A stretch of 64,000 bases of DNA, taken from NCBI GenBank assembly GCA_048013815.1, contig CM106585.1, positions 15,562,001 to 15,626,000 of the forward strand. The letters are read 5' to 3'. Both the position numbers and the translations under genes were made by a program. This DNA comes from Setoptus koraiensis (lineage: Eukaryota > Animalia > Arthropoda). Below, piece by piece: positions 12,601 through 23,512 of this stretch. Each line of letters begins with the position of its first letter. Position 1 is the stretch's first letter. The notes beneath the pieces were generated by a model that did no database searches, was not told the DNA's origin, and worked only from the letters and a program-made list of their open reading frames with translations.

Positions 12601-14307
12601 CAGTTTATCTAGTGACCAATGACTCGTGGTACCATTTTTCTTATCATGAACCTCTACAGCTACGAATGTTGGATAGTAATGATCCTTGAGATTACCGTCC
12701 TCGTCAAAGAATCGTCTCAAGAGCTTTTCTGGTATGAGATCCTTTGATATCGGCGAGTAGATGGTGTGACGAAGCAAGATAAATTCAAAAGTAGTGCGTT
12801 TTTTCAATTCTCGCGACAGAGTATTGGCCTCTTCCAAGAATATGCTATTACTCCACAACTCATCTCGAATGCCAGCAAACTGATAATATCTCCATTTTCT
12901 AGCAACTCTCCTGGCAAGAACGAGATGTTCGGGAGTCCAATCACAAGGACTTTGTTCGTCGAAAGTGTGTTTAGATCGGATTGCGGCGGTTCTTTTCAAT
13001 TTTTGGTCCTTTGTTTCAAGTAAATCAGAGATGAGTTTTTCACTTTCTTGAAGTTGTTCGATTGCACTATGATCTTCACAAGCTACGATTTCGCCCGACT
13101 CTTTTACGCTCTCTTGCTTTATCACAGGTTCATGATTGCAAATCTCAGAAGTTATATTTTCTTGTGAAGATTTTGTTTGCTGTCCGGACGATTCTAAACA
13201 GATACCTTTTGATTGCAGCACAGCTTTCAATTTCTCAATTTCTTTCTTAAGTTCTCTTATGAGTTTAACTTTTTCATCTTCGTTAACTACGGCCTTACAG
13301 AGAATACTTTTGGCTCTGTCCGCATATCGAAGGGTGCTCAACGTTTCTTCATAATTGATATCTGCAGGGCTCAAAGCAGCCACCATGGCTGTTTTAGAGT
13401 TTCCGCCCAAATTTTCGCGTAGTAACCAAGTAAGTACAGAGTCTCTATAGGGTATGTGCTGATCGCCATTCTTTTTCGCTAACGCTGATATCACCTGTCC
13501 TAGTGTGGCTAAAGATTTGTTGATATTAGCGCCTTCCTTCAATCTAACGCCCTGAGCGCCTGTCGAATCGGCTCTTTCGCTACCGGCCAGATCAACTAAT
13601 GAGATTTTACTAACCAAGGTGCTTACTTTATCAGTATCAGTGCATTTCATTTTTTGCGTTAAAATTATTGTTAATACTGCATGAGATCTACTGCTGGTCT
13701 CATTCATGTTTGTCGAAGCGACTGTTCTAGATTTGTTTCCCGTGTCAAGCCAATTTTTGATATCTTTGTAGCTTGTAACAACTACCTTGGACAAGTCTTC
13801 AACGTAAGGCCCCGTGAGGTTGTGTTCGCGTACACGCAGTGATTTTCCTTGTGGATTGAGTAAATCTTTCACTCTCTCGCAATATATTTCCATATATGAG
13901 ACTTCAATGGTATACTCTAGGATATCTTTGGCTTGCAACCGTTCGAAGAGATCATTACACAAACGAGGTATTATACCTTCTTCTTGTTTGGTGCCCATCA
14001 TAGTGTAACTCTTGCCTGCCCCAGTTTGTCCATAAGCAAATATACAAATATTGTAGCCTTGCAGAGCGTGTTCTAACATTTCTAGTCCAATATCTGAATA
14101 TACCAACTCCTGATTGGCATAATGAGCGTCCTCTCTGTTGTGTGACCAATAAGAATAATCAAATCTGAAGCTCTTGCTATTATCTCTATCTCCCAATTTG
14201 CTAATAATGGTAGATTGGCCATCCACCGAGATACAACATTGACAATCGCGCTCAATCTCACGCCTGTTAAAGGGTCTAACACGTACGGCTACTTTGATTG
14301 ACGACAT
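9616..14307 (-). CDS. unc-104: Kinesin-3 motor unc-104/KIF1A, single exon, 1563 aa, lacking the FHA domain
   Basis: Motor motifs ([33 protein letters not shown]), KIF1-type stalk (KWRYYQF...[11 protein letters not shown]) and C-terminal PH domain (RRGYLNY...[10 protein letters not shown]). Confidence 0.95.
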   Translation of the reverse strand: MSSIKVAVRVRPFNRREIERDCQCCISVDGQSTIISKLGDRDNSKSFRFDYSYWSHNREDAHYANQELVYSDIGLEMLEHALQGYNICIFAYGQTGAGKSYTMMGTKQEEGIIPRLCNDLFERLQAKDILEYTIEVSYMEIYCERVKDLLNPQGKSLRVREHNLTGPYVEDLSKVVVTSYKDIKNWLDTGNKSRTVASTNMNETSSRSHAVLTIILTQKMKCTDTDKVSTLVSKISLVDLAGSERADSTGAQGVRLKEGANINKSLATLGQVISALAKKNGDQHIPYRDSVLTWLLRENLGGNSKTAMVAALSPADINYEETLSTLRYADRAKSILCKAVVNEDEKVKLIRELKKEIEKLKAVLQSKGICLESSGQQTKSSQENITSEICNHEPVIKQESVKESGEIVACEDHSAIEQLQESEKLISDLLETKDQKLKRTAAIRSKHTFDEQSPCDWTPEHLVLARRVARKWRYYQFAGIRDELWSNSIFLEEANTLSRELKKRTTFEFILLRHTIYSPISKDLIPEKLLRRFFDEDGNLKDHYYPTFVAVEVHDKKNGTTSHWSLDKLKQRLELMREIHNASRDSSQETSNPSDGFDPRDPFDDRDRWSWFKVIGRAYLYISNLTYPTKCEQKIPIVNEHGDVKGYLEVSLEAIRDSKDLSGQSHELKFDDSDANLISVERECDDLLDDLLQHRCCPNLRTCRFEATSYRYCQKTNGIIFSAYPDLNASIETIESYYNDIKEEVEDDENDTIKDDDENTPTPSKTPEPSTCESDEKSDRNKHLRIKTQFTFRIKIDRIIDLPKTYSDVFCQFSFIHKPEKIFSTDPIKNTRPPSTFHSVHNFTVNEVTNAFINYLRHHPIVFEVFGHIEQHPLHREAKDLRHPFCNVGPRNSVVRQPPKRLFPHMMTISQPVPSPKIQNIVGLKKSSQIQSRFDLLIWFEICELALNSDEYIPVTVDRCDEMPHKSTFLLHQGIQRKICITIVHEEDSAINWQDVRELVIGRVRKQAEYPDDASDTDPENPILSLNILSCQYLNQIDHRIVYRIEANWDTSLHNTTLLNKITPLDERVFLTLSVYIDLEGCSQPAIITKDLAVMIVERDSRATRLMSYTNSKTIKSFFTNSTKHCSHLSSIYELAMYRAIDHGSLRHHNLPRPSSSQSTYNLFSLASSMSSANLSSILNTTQPNRSNLSRLNTTCMEQSWTQSEWSIDAYQRSPNCESWEPRIDSLIAEHQWNLEKILRLCEVEKTKHRMSAKEWKTKRFNIDSNSSQQQRDSTNRNGYQGSLKRSSIPHSSSLFNLIQSMSRSPSLASVSNAHWLEEKPMEPWFATIEERNLCLKYLRLMRYHLLTRHKPWNNEELDNLPQQENDNIQSRCQSCVTDQNDDHSPESNASSPDTWIPPTNKLNNLLMHRHKMMSDFDTNNNNTNMSHTSASNILIGTFAKCLLIPEIEEVRLSLVVSRRGYLNYSEDRAHEWFRRWFVVKRPYLIIYKNDKEQVERDIINLTTANIEQPEDDLNLGNVFTITTKHRAYLIQSDSQRELHDWLYAINPLYAGQLTSRLSLINR

Positions 14308-14521
14308 GGCTATGATTGCAATGACGTTTAATATTGTAGAGTGAATCCCTTCAAGTTATTACAATACAATAAAGATATGCAACTCTCATACTATATTAGT
14401 ACTATGTTAATGCTAATGATTTTATAATAGATAGAAGATCTGGTCCTTTCCTATTGTGCCGCTGTTTATTTACTTCTTCTTTGAAACTTTTATAATAATA
14501 GAACAATAAATAATAATAACA

Positions 14522-14603
14522 AAATCTGGCCCCTTTGTGTCGAGTGCTAACAGTAAAATTCTATGGTTATTTACACGCATCGATCATCATGGGGGCCAGA
14601 TTT
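14522..14603. repeat. Perfect 12-bp inverted repeat (aaatctggcccc / ggggccagattt) with a 58-nt spacer
   Basis: Arms at 14522-14533 and 14592-14603. Confidence 0.8.
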
Positions 14604-14825
14604 AATGAGTATTCTCCTATATGGATAATCCCTTGTGGACTTTCGTTGTGTTGGCAGCTGAATGAGATCTACACGGGGCGATTACCATAAATTATGATTT
14701 ACATTTACATTGAATTAATTATAATAAATAATGATAGTAAAACCAGACTTGTCGATATATAAAAACTATCTGAATTTTGATGTCAAGACATTATCATGAT
14801 TGATCTGATATGTAGTTTTGCTTGG

Positions 14826-14880
14826 ATAATACCACTAATAATAATAATAGTAATAGTAATAATAATAACAACAACATTAA
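14826..14880. repeat. Imperfect (AAT/AGT/AAC)n microsatellite
   Basis: taataataataatagtaatagtaataataataacaacaac. Confidence 0.8.
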
Positions 14881-14966
14881 TGTGCATTGAGACTGCCCAG
14901 CTGTCACCAGAGAACCAGCGCTCCTTGAACCTCAAAGCTCGTGGCATATTGCGTGCAAATGCCGCG

Positions 14967-15207
14967 CTAAAGCATAGGGCCGTCATTGTTGCGATCAAGA
15001 GGTTTTGGCCTAACATACCAAAGTAATAAAAGAGCTAATAAGGCTGAAGACTGGGCCTATAGTTCAAGATTAGTCGCGTGTGTGCGGAGAATGAAGTCAA
15101 AATATTTCCGGTTTTGAAAAACCAAAAAAACGCAGTAGTAGATCGGTCTATGCCCAGACTGAAGACTAACTCACCTTTTGAAGATGTGACTGTGAGTAGC
15201 GAGTCAT
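14967..15207 (-). CDS. Candidate spliced small ORF or uORF, 40 aa (MTRYSQSHLQK|AQSSALLALLLLWYVRPKPLDRNNDGPML)
   Basis: AAG|GTGAGT donor at 15174 and TAG acceptor at 15057 define a 118-nt phase-0 intron. No homologue recognised; may be a non-coding unc-104 5' UTR exon. Confidence 0.2.
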
Positions 15208-15447
15208 CTGAGTTGAATATTTTATCAGGGAACGTCCCTCCAAAAATGTTCCAACAGGATGGAAGTCCGTTAAACGCTACTACCCGTCTGGTGAATCAAC
15301 TTTTCTTATCAAGAGTCATAACTCCGAACCAATTTCTGTGATTATCAACAACAACCCAATAATGAGCCGCTTCAGCGAAGTGACGTACCGTTCAGTTTAT
15401 TTTAAATACATCATGACATATATTACTTTCTTTATATAGTTTGAATC

Positions 15448-17561
15448 TTAATCAACTTTGACCACGCTGTATATTTTTCTAACAAACCAGAAACAAGCAA
15501 AGAATCCTACTGTTCCGGTGAGCAGAAAGAATAAAAACACCATTATCAATGTATATCCGAAGTATAGTAATGTTGACACAGTTCCTGAGATGCTTAGTTT
15601 GGCTATGAAATAATGTAAACAATATACAAATAAATAGAAAGCAGCAAAACCACTTGTCAAGAATGACCTCCACCACCATGCATGATCCTCGGCGCATAAA
15701 TGGAAATAGCAAAGTAGTATGGTTGTTTCACTGCAGGTCACTACCAGGATATTGTATACCAAAAATAAGAAACCAAACATGTAGTACATTTGGTTGGACC
15801 ATATACTATTCAAGATGAAGAAGAGCTGTATGAATATACAACCAAACGGTAGAATACCACCCATGACAATTCCAGGTACTGGTTGAGTATAGATTGATTG
15901 CACTGGTATCTGTCGGGGTATCTGATTTGTCCTCACCGGGTGCTCAATAGTTCTTTTCTTAAAGCCGAAATAAGCACCCACAAATGTAAGGGGCAGAGAG
16001 ATTAGCATCCACATAGCGAGTAGAGCTACTAGAATTCCAAAGGGCACGGCGGCTGAACTAGAGTTGGCCCATAGCATCAAGTTCATGATGAAGAATAAAC
16101 CAAATACTATGCCAGGACATAAGAGAGCAGTGAGAAGTACATTCATTTTCCAGCGATACTCTCCAAATGATTTGCATAGCCTGGCAGATACATAACCTAT
16201 TTAGGTTAAATTGATGAAAGATAGAAAAGTAGTTAGATCGAATCAATCAATCGATGAAATGAATCGAGAATATTCAAATCAATGCTTTGTGGAGCGTGAT
16301 TAAAATTACCTGCTGGAGTTCCTAGACAGACAAACAGAACCAAGGCACAAGTCATGAGAGAACCTCTATTGGCTGGGGACAGAAAACCTAGGCATGCGAA
16401 AAATAAGGTGATCAGGGTCATAAAGGTCACTTGAACACCACTTCCTAGTAATACTGATAATAGCATCGCATGTTGAGGTGGCCTAAATACATCACCATGA
16501 ACTAGTTTCCACCCAAACTCTTCTTGGGCATCATCTTCTGGATCTAACTGATTGTATCTGGCTATATCTTTGTGTAAAGTTCTCAATAGAATCATTGCTA
16601 CCATACCAGTGAGGAATAATACGATGACTAGTGAATTCAAGATGGAGAACCATTGTATGTTTGTATGCGTCGATGATCCAAGTATGTAATCCCATCTTGA
16701 AGACCACTTGATAGTATTATTTTTAGCAAATTTTATAGAGTAAGAGTAGGTGATATTGAGAACATTGTCGGTTATCTTATCCTCAGGTATAGTCATCAAA
16801 TCCACATCTCTTGCACACTGTGAAGGATCTCCATTGGGAGGTGTCTGATGTTTGATACTACGCGGTTCTATTACAACGGATGTTATACGGCCGCCTTTGT
16901 CCCCAAAGTCGACACCCCAAGCCTCGTGCTCTCCCGAGTGGTATGTGACTAAAATGTCGACGTGGTTGAATATGTAGTATGAACTAGACTGATCAAATCT
17001 ACCATCCATGAAACAGGCTCCGTGGGCTATTCCGTCTGGTCCTACACTGCAACCCATTGGAAATCCAACGGAACAGTATTGTTCTTCGCTATCGACCGCA
17101 TAACACCATGTGACGGGCATGTTGTCTACAATCCAGTGATGCTGATAATTGTAATGTATACCTTTTTTAAGGCGGTCCAATTTTTTCACATCATCTGGAT
17201 TATTCAGATCATAAGATTTGTGGCATAATTTTTTGCAGCTTTCATCCTTAAGGAATGATATATTATATGGTGACGGGCGAATGCGTTCCCCGAAAACAAT
17301 TTGACCCAAATTTTCCACTGGCCAATCTTGTGAGTCTGATTGACAGAAATCAAAATAACTGTACTCATATGGTATAGCTGATTCTTCTGAGTCCAGCCGG
17401 TTCACAAATAATTTCACTTCAGATTTGCATGAATCTGTTGTTTTGTCCTCTTCGCAAAAGTTAACTGGTGCCAAACCGGGCAAATAAAACGAATCAACAA
17501 TAATTGGTAATGATGATATTATTGCCAACAAGGATAGGTGATATAAGAGAAGATTTTTCAT
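15448..17561 (-). CDS. TM9SF2: Transmembrane 9 superfamily member 2 (nonaspanin); exons 16310-17561 and 15448-16196
   Basis: [61 protein letters not shown] and a C-terminal KVD; 113-nt phase-1 intron. Confidence 0.95.
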
Positions 17562-18957
17562 TTTGACGATCTCCGATGGACACGATGGTTTTGTAGTTGT
17601 TGATTATAATATATGATAATATATATAAATGCTAATATAAATATATTTGTGTATTCTATATTATCCTCTACTATTATCTGGCCGAGCTTGTTGTTCTAAT
17701 ATGGATAGTAATCATTTGATATGATGAATATATTGTATCTATCTCAGTATATAGTAAATGGTAATAGATTGATTGATAATCTGATTAAAGTGTAAAGCAT
17801 GTGAGTCCCCTTTCCCTTATTGTTGTCGTGTTCCTGCATAGATTGCTTACAAGATTAAATATGGTCAGTGCAATAACGAGTTTTGCTCATACATGACATG
17901 AATGTGTATCATCGTTACCATTCAACATAGATAGTTGCTGACTTATATTTTTATTGTCATATGGCCTTTGTTGTTAAGATCGTCGTCAACATTTATTGGA
18001 TAATATCTGTATTATTTGTTAGCTAGGTGGCGACATTCACTGACAACTGTGAAGCAATATTTTCTCATTACTGCCAACAGTTACTGCACTGTGTATTATC
18101 TTCTCAGCTGATTAGCGTTACGTAAAGCACGTCTCACAAGCGTTATGTAACGACTGAAAATGCTTTTACAAGTTGACTTGTGATTGAACGACGTCTCATC
18201 GTGAGTAGACAGAGGAGAAATCAGAAAGAATATGCTTTGTGGTGGGCATAAATTCACGTATAAATATACAATGTTTTTCACCTTGAGAAATGAAATTGGG
18301 TGCATTTTGAGGCACATTTCGCTCAGTTCTTCACGCGATTGCAAAAAGTGTGCGCGTCACTTGCCGTTTTTCCCATCTGAGAATATGTGCAAGAGGCATC
18401 AGCAGTGATGGTCACTTGCTCTTTGCACAACAGTAATATCGCCAGAATTACACGCTGGAAATCGTGGGACCCCCATCGGCTTTACTTAATCATTCCGCAT
18501 GACATATTAATAATTGATGCAATATCCCGATTCAATATAGAGACTATCCAACCTCACCTTTCAAATTCCGCCACTTGGGTGCTGAGAGAACAACTGATGG
18601 CAGCGCGCTCTTCCAGTCGCTCACAAAGCCGCCGTGAATGCAACCGTGGCATACGTTCCACAATGTTGCGGCCACGACATCCACTGTAGAAGATTGAATG
18701 ATGTGAACGTTGCAATACGAACCAATTGTTAGATGTTATTATCAAATATGTAATATTCACCACGATTGACTCTGATAATCTTATCACCTTTCTGGAAAAT
18801 TAACTTGAACGTATTCAGGAACACATAAAACTCATCTACATACTCACAAGGCTCCAGGAATTGTTGGACCCACAAAACGACTTGTCTTCTCAACGTCACC
18901 CAATGATTGTTTTCTTTCATTATCAGCATGCATACATCGAATAACAAGAGCGTTCAG

Positions 18958-20022
18958 ATGGTTAAGCGAACCAGATTGAGAATCAGGTCAAACTCCGGTT
19001 GTTCTAGCGAGGATGACTCATCCAATTCACACAACGGCATTTATCACAATTCCAAAAGAATTAAGACCGAACACCATACCACTAATAATAGTCATAATTT
19101 GACTCAGATAGTACAAAATAACGATCTTTTTGCCCCTTTGAAAGATCACTCTAGGATATACAATTTTGGTTACAGGAAAAAACCGGCCGAACTGTTCAGG
19201 AAGGATCTAATATCGGCTATGAAATTAGCTGATACGGAGCAATTAAATGAGGCTGAATATATTACTATCACAGACCCGTGGAAAGAGGAATGGGAAAAGG
19301 GTGTTCAAGTCCCAGTGAATCCAGAGGCTCTACCCACTGCCAGTTTTCGACTCATTTGTAATAAGCGCACGAACGAAACCATTATTGGTCGAAGTAATGA
19401 CCCAAACAATGCTGATGTAGATCCAGTAGAAAAGTCGCAGGAAGCGGAATCAACACTGTCCACATTCAAGATGCCAAAAGATTACATCAAGGACCGCTGC
19501 AGTCGACATACTGACCACCTCAAATATGAGCTTGACCTCATAGATCTCAGCTGGCGCGAACTAATGTCAGCCACCTGTGTTCCAACTATATCAGAATCTC
19601 TGATTGAAGATGTTATAACTGAATTGGAAAGACAATGTGCAGAGAACATGAAGAATCACAAAATAGGAATCGAGTTTAATGATGCAGTCGTTTGCGACGT
19701 TTGCAGAAGTCCCTACAGTGAAGAAGGTAATGAGATGGTCTTCTGTGACAGTTGCAACGTTTGCGTCCATCAAGCTTGCTATGGCGTGGAAGAAATTCCC
19801 GAAGGTGACTGGTATTGTCAGCCATGCAAAGAGTTGGGTAAATCTGACAAAGCGAGCTGCATCCTATGTCCCAATAAAAACGGCGCTATGAAACGTACAC
19901 CTGAAGATCATTGGGCTCATGTATCCTGTTCATTATGGGTTGTGTCACAGATTGATGGTGACCATAAGGACGGAACACAAGTTAGCTACAACAAAAAGAA
20001 TAATAAAAGTAAGAAAAAATGA
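18958..20022 (+). CDS. JADE/PHF17/rhinoceros-like PHD finger protein, truncated after the zinc knuckle
   Basis: JADE domain I (ELFRKDLISAMK...DPWKEEWEKGVQVPV), EPC-like region, PHD1 (CDVC...CDSC..CVHQACYG...WYCQPC) and Zn knuckle (CILC...HVSC), then a divergent basic tail and stop. Confidence 0.85.
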   Translation: MVKRTRLRIRSNSGCSSEDDSSNSHNGIYHNSKRIKTEHHTTNNSHNLTQIVQNNDLFAPLKDHSRIYNFGYRKKPAELFRKDLISAMKLADTEQLNEAEYITITDPWKEEWEKGVQVPVNPEALPTASFRLICNKRTNETIIGRSNDPNNADVDPVEKSQEAESTLSTFKMPKDYIKDRCSRHTDHLKYELDLIDLSWRELMSATCVPTISESLIEDVITELERQCAENMKNHKIGIEFNDAVVCDVCRSPYSEEGNEMVFCDSCNVCVHQACYGVEEIPEGDWYCQPCKELGKSDKASCILCPNKNGAMKRTPEDHWAHVSCSLWVVSQIDGDHKDGTQVSYNKKNNKSKKK

Positions 20023-20119
20023 CAATTTGAACGGAGGAAGGTTAATCTCAACTAACTGTATCAAACTGCGCTAAGATTTTATTTGGGACTTTTCTCCATG
20101 TGTAAATATCGTAGATTGA

Positions 20120-21132
20120 CTATAATCTACCGAGGCGGTTGGTTTCGTTTCCAAGAGTAACCATCTTTCCCCGCCATAAATCCGAGCTTCCGGCATTGTC
20201 TAGGTCTTCTGTTTCCTCGTCGTTGTCATCAGTGCTTGATCCACCACCCAATCCAATACCAAAACCATCGGCTCTAACTGAGACATCCGCACAGTTCCTA
20301 TACAGTTCCTGAAGACCGCAGCCGGTTCGTTGCTTTCCGTCTGGACATCTACCCCAGTTATTAGCAGCTCTATAATCCCACCTGATTATGCAAGCCTTGC
20401 AGGTTTTATTTGGTGGCAATTTCACCGACATTGCCATGATGCCTCTCTCAGAATGATCATTTTTCAATCGATATACCTCGTCGCCATTTATAAGTGGGAG
20501 ATCTTCAAAGCATTCCTCGGTTTCTGTTTGAAAGATTTAGAAACAATTAGAGTCGACGAACTACATGTCTCTAAACATCTACACATACATGATGAGGAGT
20601 TGTAGTTACTTATTTTCAGCAGAAACATACCTCTGACCTTGAATGAATTTCGCCAACATATTTGAAATCGGAAGGTACCTCCGTGATTTGTATCTAAGTC
20701 TACAATTAGTTCTATAGATGACCCAGGAAAATAGTTTTTAACAGTTCGATTTGTCGCCATGTAGCCGCCAGTTTCGTGTATCCTAGGTCCGAGATATGGA
20801 TCGCCACAAACTCCACATTTGCCGTTAGCTTGACGGAGTCCCTTAGTTGTTGTAAATGAGATGATTGGTCTAGCTTATCTATGTCAATACAAAGACTTAA
20901 GTTTGGAAACTGTGATTGATATGCTTACCCCTATGCCGCCACAGAAGAGCTGATTGTCATCGTAGTTTACTGGAGCCGATGAGTCGAGTCTCCACAGGGA
21001 GTTTCGTGCTGCTGGTTCAATAAGGAATCCATGACCATCGACTGAGTTTATTCGTGTTACGAGGAAAACTAAGAGAGTATTAGCTAGAGAACAAATCACT
21101 TTGTTTTGAGACACATTTGCCTCCATCATCAC
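20120..21132 (-). CDS. AA15 lytic polysaccharide monooxygenase; exons 20929-21132, 20631-20841, 20120-20523
   Basis: Signal peptide then His1 (HGFLIEPAARNS); NYDDNQLFCGG, GKCGVCGDPY, second His (DTNHGG), CKACIIRWDYRAANNWG, QELYRNCADV. Two GT-AG introns with matching phases. Confidence 0.9.
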
Positions 21133-21960
21133 TAGATCTCGATTTGGTGCGTAATTATTTTTTATCTTAAAAGTTAATAGGCCTCCAAGATGCTTCAGTG
21201 GTTGTCAATCCAAGGATGTCAATTAAGTTTACTCTTTTCCCTGGTTGGGCAATTTATTTCTAGACTGCCTGAACTGAACTGGTGTGGAGCTCCAGGAAAC
21301 TATTGTTCATTTATACTACTCTAAAAATATAGCACTTTTGAAGTTTTCTATTATTTACAGGATTCAGAGGCGGTACGTTCATTCATACGTCGATTGAACA
21401 AATATCGCAGTGTCGAGCATATATAAAAGAGTTAATTGTAAAAGGGGAATAAAAGATACGGAAATAATTGACGAAATGATGACATCAATCAAGGTTGCAA
21501 CTAGACCGTTAGAATACTAATTCTATCTCGAAATAAACCCAATCATGCTAACCCTATAGTTAACAGGTTAATATAGAAAGAATTTTACCATAACGGAGAT
21601 CCATGGCAATCACTATGCGGATTAGAGCTTGATTATGGTAATAGATTCGCTGCTCAATTTGATTATGTCTCGATACAGAGAAATCATTGTTTAATTGACG
21701 TAAGTGCTAGATGAATGCATGTGTATACTTGAAATGTATATTTGTGGTAGCGACATAAATGAAGTCAGAACGTCATTGTCGACTCGTGCTCGTCAAATAC
21801 GAAGATCATTAAAGATTTTTAGCCCAATAGATATATTAACATTGACATTGTGTAGATGCGTTTGTAACCAGAGATACCGTTATAGAGAACAACAACAATA
21901 TGCCGCTGTAACATCCTCTGTTAGCGCTTATGAGTGTGCGAATTTTTATAGCTCTTTTAT

Positions 21961-22234
21961 TGATCACATTAAATAATCAAAGCAATCAGTAGCTAGGCAA
22001 TAACTAGCCGACTTCTTCGATAATAATTTACAGTAGTTATTAGGTCCTTCGGGAACAAAAACGACCTGTCAGGCCGCCAACTAAATGTACAAGATTGTAA
22101 AATCAACGATGGTGATTGATGTAAAGTAAAGCAACTTTTCTTTAAAGGCTCGCGGACACCAAGACTACGATTAGGTTCGATCATTAATCATCGTTTCAAA
22201 AGTTTCATAGAGGTGATGAGATTTCTTGAGCTAT
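21961..22234. repeat. Non-coding direct repeat copy B1
   Basis: Aligns with 23241-23497 (aataactagccgacttcttcgataataattt, gtacaagattgtaaaatcaac, cgcggacaccaagactacgattaggttcgatcattaatcatc). Confidence 0.9.
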
Positions 22235-22431
22235 CAACCTTCTTCTGAAAGTATTACGCAAAACCAAAGATGAACCTACAGATCCACGAAGAGTGAATTT
22301 GTGATTACGAACTTTATAACATGGCCTGCATAGTCAGGCTTTAGAGGGCGCATACATTTGTCGGGTTTCCGCTATCAACGAATCACATCTGGGATAGTTT
22401 GCGTAATCATCCACACGGAGCTAGAGTTGAC

Positions 22432-22933
22432 CTAGCTTGACTCTTTGACTTCTAGTTTCTTTGATGCAACAACATCTTTCTTTGTCCACTGGAGTCTTCT
22501 TCGGCGGATTCTATTGATTTCATCTTTGATTTGCTCCATATCATCACAGTTTTGTGGTAATTCAATATGTCTTACTCTAGGTCCCTTAACAAAGTAATAA
22601 TCATACCGTTTGTTCATGGTCACCTGTTGGTCTTGAAGCGGAATGGTGTCATAAAAGGTGTCCCGAGAAATGACAACATTAGCCATTTCGAAATTCATGC
22701 GACCATCGACTCTGTCAACGGTACCATGTACGAGACTATCGTCTGGATGTCAGCGCAAGAAGATTTCAGTTGTTGTAGTTAGATTGAACAATTAATGAGG
22801 ACGGAAAGAGGCCACTGAGAGTGTACTTACCACGCAGATTTATTGTGACAGTTTTCCCTCTAAGAGACTGCAACAAGACTAGCAAGGTTTTCACCGACTT
22901 GGCTATATCTTTTTGAGAAAGTCCCGAGGACAT
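22432..22933 (-). CDS. LSM10: U7 snRNP-specific Sm-like protein LSm10; exons 22831-22933 and 22432-22742, 137 aa
   Basis: KTLLVLLQSLRGKTVTINLR|DDSLVHGTVDRVDGRMNF...YFVKGPRVRHIELP matches the LSm10 pattern (SLIILLQGLQG..TTVDLRDES..HG.IDNVD..MNI); 88-nt GTAAGT..CAG intron. Confidence 0.85.
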
Positions 22934-23240
22934 CACTTGATGAGATCAACTTCTTAGGGATTGATGTCCGACTTGAGTTAATGAATGTGCTAAAGTAAAA
23001 CCGAAGATCAACTTTTGTTTCAGGTGTCGATTTGGGTTGGCAGACGAAGAGCAGATCAACATGAAATCAGCAACACGAGCACACATTCTTTCAGAGAGCG
23101 CAAGTTTTGAATTGATAAAACTTGACAAGTTTAACTGGTCAAGTTTCACTTGTGAGATGAACTTGGAATGCAGGAAGGTCCTACTCACTGTAAATTGATT
23201 TTCAATTTTTATCTTAAATTTTATTTTAAAGTTCTTTTTT

Positions 23241-23497
23241 TGATCACATCAAGTAATCAAAGCAATCAGTGGTTATACAATAACTAGCCGACTTCTTCGA
23301 TAATAATTTATTAGTAGTTATAACGTCCCCCGGAGACAAAAACAACCTGTCATACTGCTAACTAACTGTACAAGATTGTAAAATCAACAATCGTGATTGA
23401 TGTGAAGTCAATCTCCCTAAAAGGCACGCGGACACCAAGACTACGATTAGGTTCGATCATTAATCATCTATAGAGGTGATGAAATTTCTTGAGCTAT
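23241..23497. repeat. Non-coding direct repeat copy B2, immediately 3' of the NBAS-like stop
   Basis: Direct similarity to 21961-22234. Confidence 0.9.
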
Positions 23498-23512
23498 AGA
23501 CATTCTTGACAC

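Noticed and set aside
22161-22219. U3 snoRNA-like 5' motif (AAGACTA...GATCATT) and a GTGATGA box in repeat B
   Set aside because: Boxes B/C/D are not conserved between the two copies, and similarity stops right after the putative C box.
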